Below are positions 59,621 through 64,000 of a stretch of DNA of 64,000 nucleotides, one piece after another. The number at the start of each line of letters is the position of its first letter. The first letter of the stretch is position 1. The translations under genes were made by a program, and so were the position numbers. The notes beneath the pieces were generated by a model that did no database searches, was not told where the DNA came from, and was given only the letters and a program-made list of their open reading frames with translations. Where the stretch lies: assembly GCA_964417885.1 (NCBI GenBank), contig CAYQKN010000001.1:19905-83904 (forward strand). Reading direction: 5' to 3'. Origin of the DNA: an uncultured Burkholderiales bacterium (GTDB lineage: Bacteria > Pseudomonadota > Gammaproteobacteria > Burkholderiales > Usitatibacteraceae).

Positions 59621-59640
59621 TTTCAAACAAGTGTTTGAAA
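59621..59640. promoter_or_regulatory. PsrA-type operator palindrome
   Basis: Perfect inverted repeat TTTCAAACA-AG-TGTTTGAAA. Its core CAAAC-AAGT-GTTTG fits the published PsrA box (G/C)AAAC-N2-4-GTTT(G/C). It lies immediately downstream of the -10 element. Confidence 0.6.
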
Positions 59641-59681
59641 TTGGCAGAAATCGTCCGTAACGCACTGAAATTAATCACTAT

Positions 59682-60416
59682 ATGGCGTCAAGCATGATAC
59701 AGAGGCTGGCCCGATCCGCGGAAAACCCGGCGGATAAGGCACCCGAACCGGCCGACACCAAGTCGCGCATCCTGGATGCGGCGGAAGAACTGTTTATGGA
59801 GCACGGCTTCGAGGCGACATCGTTGCGTCTGATTACGACTGCCGCCTCGGTTAACCTCGCTGCGGTCAACTATCACTTTGGCTCGAAAGAGGAATTGTTC
59901 CAGGCAGTCCTCACCCGGCGGCTCGACCCGATGAACCAGGACCGGATGCAGTTGTTGTCCCAGTACGAAGCGGCGGCGGGGCAAAAAGCGCTGACCTGCG
60001 AAAAAATTCTCGCGGCCATGTTCATCCCGGCAATGAAATTGGCCCGCGACCACGAGCAGGGCGGAAAGAATTTCCTTCGTTTGCTGGGTCGGGCATATGC
60101 CGATCCGGCTCCGTTCATTCGCGAATTCCTGTCCAACCAATACGGCGAGATGATCGCCCGTTTCCGCACTGCCTTCAGCAATTCGCTGCCGCACATCCCG
60201 CGCGAAGAACTTTCCTGGCGCCTGCATTACGTCATGGGCGCGCTCTCCTACACCCTGGCGGGTGCTGACGTGCTGAAAGTATTTGGTACCTATCATCTTG
60301 ATGAAGCAACCAATGACGAGTTGCTGTTACGCCGTCTGGCGCCGTTCCTGGCCGCCGGATTGCGCGCACCAATCCCGACAGAAGACGACGGGTATTTAAC
60401 GATTTATGAAGCATAG
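59682..60416 (+). CDS. TetR/AcrR family transcriptional regulator (PsrA-like fatty-acid-responsive repressor candidate)
   Basis: 244 aa. N-terminal HTH ILDAAEELFMEHGFEATSLRLITTAASVNLAAVNYHFGSKEELF. Located directly upstream of fadE. Confidence 0.85.
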   Translation: MASSMIQRLARSAENPADKAPEPADTKSRILDAAEELFMEHGFEATSLRLITTAASVNLAAVNYHFGSKEELFQAVLTRRLDPMNQDRMQLLSQYEAAAGQKALTCEKILAAMFIPAMKLARDHEQGGKNFLRLLGRAYADPAPFIREFLSNQYGEMIARFRTAFSNSLPHIPREELSWRLHYVMGALSYTLAGADVLKVFGTYHLDEATNDELLLRRLAPFLAAGLRAPIPTEDDGYLTIYEA

Positions 60417-60428
60417 AAAGGAATCATC

Positions 60429-62891
60429 ATGTTGATCATCCTCTTCACCATCATCGCCGCCATCTTGCTGGCAGGCATACTTGCCTATCACGCCGCCAGT
60501 GCATTGGTCTGGACCGCCGTGGTTGGCGTTGCGCTGGTCGGGTTGACCGCCGGCGGACTGCTCGGCGGTGCCGCCGCGGGCGTCGTATGGTTCCTGTTCC
60601 TCGCTGCCGCGGTCGTGGCCAACCTGAAATCGGTTCGCCAAGGCCTGCTCAGCGGACCAATTTTCAAGGTCTACAAAAAGCTGCTGCCGCAAATGTCGCA
60701 GACCGAGCGCGAGGCGCTCGAGGCCGGCACCGTGTGGTGGGACGGCGACCTGTTCAGCGGCAAGCCCGACTGGAACAAGCTGCTGGATTATCCGGCGGCC
60801 AAGCTCACCGCGGAAGAACAAGCTTTCATCGACGGGCCGACCGAAGAACTGTGCGCCATGGTCAACGAGTGGCAGGTGACCCATGAGCTTTACGACCTGC
60901 CGCCAGATGTCTGGCAGTTCATCAAGGACAAGGGTTTCCTCGGGATGATCATTCCCAAGGAATATGGCGGCCTCGGGTTTTCCGCCTACGCGCACTCACA
61001 GGTCGTGATGAAAATTTCCACCCGCAGCGGTACGGCGGCCATATCGGTGATGGTGCCGAACTCATTGGGACCGGGCGAACTGCTGGTGCATTACGGCACG
61101 GCGGACCAGAAGAGCTATTACCTGCCGCGCCTGGCCAAGGGCCTCGAGATCCCATGCTTCGCGCTGACCGCGCCGGACGCAGGCTCGGATGCGGCGTCAA
61201 TGCCCGACGTCGGTATCGTCTGCAAGCAAATGTGGGAAGGCAAGGAAACGCTGGGTCTTCGTGTCACCTGGGAAAAACGCTATATCACTCTGGGTCCGGT
61301 CGCGACCCTTCTCGGCCTCGCCTTCAAGGGCTTTGATCCGGACAAGTTGCTGGGTGGCGAAACGGATCTCGGCATCACCTGCGCACTGATTCCCACCTCG
61401 CACAAGGGTGTGAACATCGGCCGCCGCCACTGCCCGCTCAATGCCGCGTTCCAGAATGGCCCGAATTCGGGCAAGGACGTATTTATCCCGATGGACTGGG
61501 TCATCGGCGGGCAAGCCATGCTGGGCCAGGGCTGGCGCATGCTGATGGAGTGCCTTGCCGCCGGCCGGTCGGTCTCGCTTCCGGCCCAATCGATCGCCGC
61601 GGGCAAGATTGCCTCGATGGCAACCGGCGCCTACTCGCGTGTTCGGCAGCAATTCAAAACGCCCATCGGCAAGTTCGAGGGCATTGAGGAGCCGCTGGCG
61701 CGCATCGGCGGCTATACCTACCTGATGGATGCCTGTCGCACCGTCACCGCCGGCGCGCTCGACATGGGCGAGAAGCCGTCGGTGCTGTCGGCAATCTCGA
61801 AGTACCACATGACCGAACGCATGCGCATCGTCATCAATGACGCGATGGACGTGCATGGCGGCAAGGGCATCTGCCTGGGACCAAACAATTATCTGGGTCG
61901 CGCCTATCAGGCGACGCCGATCGCCATCACCGTCGAGGGCGCCAACATCCTGACCCGCTCGCTGATCATCTTCGGCCAGGGCGCGATTCGATGCCATCCA
62001 TGGGTTCTGAAAGAAATGAAGGCCGCCCAGACCAATTCGCTGGACGACTTCGATCACGCCTTCTGGAGTCACATCAAATTCACCATTTCCAACGCCGCGA
62101 GGGCGATGTGGACCGGCATCACCGGCGGTCGCGGCTTGCCGTCACCTGCCTGTGAGGACACCAAGCGGTACTACCAGCAACTGACCCGCTTCTCGACGGC
62201 GTTCGCGTTGCTGGCCGACGTCAGTATGTTCGTCATCGGCGGATCACTGAAGCGCAAGGAAAAGCTTTCCGCGCGTCTGGGTGATGTCCTGTCGCTGCTC
62301 TACCTGTCGTCCACCGCGCTGAAGTTCTACGATCAGCGTGGCCGTCAGCAGGACGAGCTGCCGCTGCTGCGCTGGGCGCTGTACGATTCCGCCTTCAAGA
62401 TTCAGGTCGCGCTCGACGGCATCATCCAGAATTTCCCGAGCCGCACGATTGCATTTGTGTTGCGCCGGCTGGTGTTTCCGCGCGGACTTACATTGATACA
62501 GCCAAGCGACCAGATGGGCCATGAAGTCGCCGATCTGCTGATCCAGCCGTCGGCGGTGCGCAGCCGCCTGATCGCCGGCATCTACCTGCCCAAAGATGAA
62601 AACGACTTGATGGGCAAGCTGGAGGCCGCGATGCATGCCGTGATTGCCGCCGAGCCGGTCGATGCCAAGGTAAAGGCAGCAAAGAAGGCCGGACGCATCA
62701 CGACGCAGGGCGCCGAGTCGCAGTACGAGGAGGCGATGAAACTGTCGGTCATCAGCGAAACCGAACTCGCACTGTGGAAGCGTGCCCGCGCCCTGCAGCA
62801 CGACATCATCATGGTGGATGATTTCGACAAGGATTTCGACCGCAGACAGGCGAATCAACCAGCATGGCAGCAAGCCGCCGCGGCGGAGTAG
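60429..62891 (+). CDS. fadE: acyl-CoA dehydrogenase FadE (large, N-terminally membrane-associated)
   Basis: 820 aa and colinear with E. coli FadE: hydrophobic N-terminus, MSQTEREALEAGTVWWDGDLFSGKPDW, EYGGLGFSAYAHSQV, NSLGPGELLVHYGT and IPCFALTAPDAGSDA. Confidence 0.95.
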   Translation: MLIILFTIIAAILLAGILAYHAASALVWTAVVGVALVGLTAGGLLGGAAAGVVWFLFLAAAVVANLKSVRQGLLSGPIFKVYKKLLPQMSQTEREALEAGTVWWDGDLFSGKPDWNKLLDYPAAKLTAEEQAFIDGPTEELCAMVNEWQVTHELYDLPPDVWQFIKDKGFLGMIIPKEYGGLGFSAYAHSQVVMKISTRSGTAAISVMVPNSLGPGELLVHYGTADQKSYYLPRLAKGLEIPCFALTAPDAGSDAASMPDVGIVCKQMWEGKETLGLRVTWEKRYITLGPVATLLGLAFKGFDPDKLLGGETDLGITCALIPTSHKGVNIGRRHCPLNAAFQNGPNSGKDVFIPMDWVIGGQAMLGQGWRMLMECLAAGRSVSLPAQSIAAGKIASMATGAYSRVRQQFKTPIGKFEGIEEPLARIGGYTYLMDACRTVTAGALDMGEKPSVLSAISKYHMTERMRIVINDAMDVHGGKGICLGPNNYLGRAYQATPIAITVEGANILTRSLIIFGQGAIRCHPWVLKEMKAAQTNSLDDFDHAFWSHIKFTISNAARAMWTGITGGRGLPSPACEDTKRYYQQLTRFSTAFALLADVSMFVIGGSLKRKEKLSARLGDVLSLLYLSSTALKFYDQRGRQQDELPLLRWALYDSAFKIQVALDGIIQNFPSRTIAFVLRRLVFPRGLTLIQPSDQMGHEVADLLIQPSAVRSRLIAGIYLPKDENDLMGKLEAAMHAVIAAEPVDAKVKAAKKAGRITTQGAESQYEEAMKLSVISETELALWKRARALQHDIIMVDDFDKDFDRRQANQPAWQQAAAAE

Positions 62892-62894
62892 GCG

Positions 62895-64000
62895 ATGAGC
62901 AAACGCGTTTATGTCGTCGATGGCGCGCGCACGCCGTTTCTGAAGGCGCGCGGCAAACCGGGTCCATTTTCCGGCGGTGATCTCGCTGTCGGCTGTGCCC
63001 GGCCGCTGCTGGCTCGCCAGTCATTTGAGCCAACCGCATTCGATGAGGTGATCGTCGGCGCGGCAATGCCGTCGGCAGACGAAGCCAACATCGGCCGCGT
63101 GATCGCGCTCAGGCTGGGCTGCGGCGACAAGGTTCCCGCCTGGACGGTGATGCGCAACTGTGCGTCCGGCATGCAGGCGCTCGATTCTGCCTGCATGAAC
63201 ATTCTCGCCGGCAAGTCGAACCTGGTGCTGGCGGGCGGCACCGATGCGATGAGCCATGCGCCGTTGCTGTTCGGACCGGCAATGGTCAACTGGCTGTCCG
63301 ACTGGTATGCGGCGAAGTCGTTCGGCCAGCGTGCCGGCGTGGCGGTGCAATTCCGTCTGGCGTACCTGGCGCCGGTGATCGCGATTCTGAAGGGACTGAC
63401 CGATCCGATCGTCAAGCTGTCGATGGGCCAGACTGCCGAAATTGTCGCCAAGCGTTTCGGCATAACGCGGCAGATGATGGACGAGTTCGCCGCCGAATCG
63501 CACCAGAAGGTGCTGGCAGCACGCGAGGCGGGGCACTATGGCGAAATCGAGCCCCTGATCGACGGCAAGGGAGCGGTCTATCGCGAAGATGACGGCGTGC
63601 GCACGGATTCGACGCCTGAGCGCCTAGGCAAGCTGCGACCGGTGTTCGACAAAACCTATGGCAGCGTGACCGCGGGCAATTCGTCGCAGGTGACGGATGG
63701 CGCCGCCATGTTGATCCTGGCCTCGGAACAGGCGGTGGACCGATACGACCTGAAGCCGCTCGGTGCCATCGTCGATTCGCAGTGGAGCGCGCTGGACCCG
63801 AGCGAGATGGGCCTGGGCCCGGTGCATGCCATCACCCCCATGCTGCAACGCAACGGCCTGGGATTGGGCGACCTCGATGCGCTCGAGATCAACGAGGCAT
63901 TCGCCGCCCAGGCACTCGGCTGCCTCGCCGCGTGGGAATCCGACGCCTACTGCCGTGAGCAGCTTGGCCTCGACCAAGCTTTCGGCAAGATGGACCGCAG
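62895..64000 (+). CDS. acetyl-CoA C-acyltransferase (3-ketoacyl-CoA thiolase), 3-prime partial
   Basis: Translated by hand: MSKRVYVVDGARTPFLKARGKPGPFSGGDL...VMRNCASGMQALDSA (nucleophilic Cys)...GGTDAMSHAP. The frame stays open to the window end. It is absent from the track because no stop codon lies within the window. Confidence 0.9.
   Translation, partial: MSKRVYVVDGARTPFLKARGKPGPFSGGDLAVGCARPLLARQSFEPTAFDEVIVGAAMPSADEANIGRVIALRLGCGDKVPAWTVMRNCASGMQALDSACMNILAGKSNLVLAGGTDAMSHAPLLFGPAMVNWLSDWYAAKSFGQRAGVAVQFRLAYLAPVIAILKGLTDPIVKLSMGQTAEIVAKRFGITRQMMDEFAAESHQKVLAAREAGHYGEIEPLIDGKGAVYREDDGVRTDSTPERLGKLRPVFDKTYGSVTAGNSSQVTDGAAMLILASEQAVDRYDLKPLGAIVDSQWSALDPSEMGLGPVHAITPMLQRNGLGLGDLDALEINEAFAAQALGCLAAWESDAYCREQLGLDQAFGKMDR

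Overview
This 64 kb window is high-GC (about 60-65% by eye) and densely coding. Its gene order is typical of a betaproteobacterial chromosomal backbone: coaD-yfhL, mutM, lolB-ispE-tRNA(Gln)-prs-rplY-pth-ychF, kup, miaB-ybeZ-ybeY-corC-lnt, glyQS-gmhB-plsC-gloA, rsmA-pdxA-surA-lptD, pepP-ubiH-ubiI-like, dsbC, mltA, apaG, rpe-gph-trpEGDC, a porin, coq7, rplM-rpsI, erpA, and a TetR-fadE-thiolase cluster running off the 3-prime end. I support about 62 protein genes, 2 tRNAs, several intrinsic terminators and a few sigma70-like promoters. I saw no rRNA, CRISPR array, integrase, transposase, phage gene or recognisable defence or toxin-antitoxin module, so I cannot point to a clear-cut novel system. 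The signals most worth a second look are listed here. (1) A 66-nt palindromic extragenic repeat family has four same-orientation copies at gene 3-prime ends, and substitutions in one arm are mirrored in the other. (2) An orphan dynamin-like GTPase sits directly downstream of mutM. (3) A membrane coiled-coil protein is paired with a bactofilin between rpsI and erpA. (4) A PLP threonine-aldolase-like gene is translationally coupled into the ybeZ-ybeY operon. (5) An unannotated 43-aa, highly basic small ORF has its own extended -10 promoter and terminator. (6) A Trp-rich leader peptide lies upstream of trpE. (7) A PsrA-type operator lies over the promoter of the TetR-fadE operon. Many long ORFs in the supplied track are shadow ORFs on the opposite strand or in alternative frames of real genes, and I rejected them. 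Start codons were refined by eye where homology or ribosome-binding sites allowed. All family assignments come from motifs read in the translations, not from database searches.
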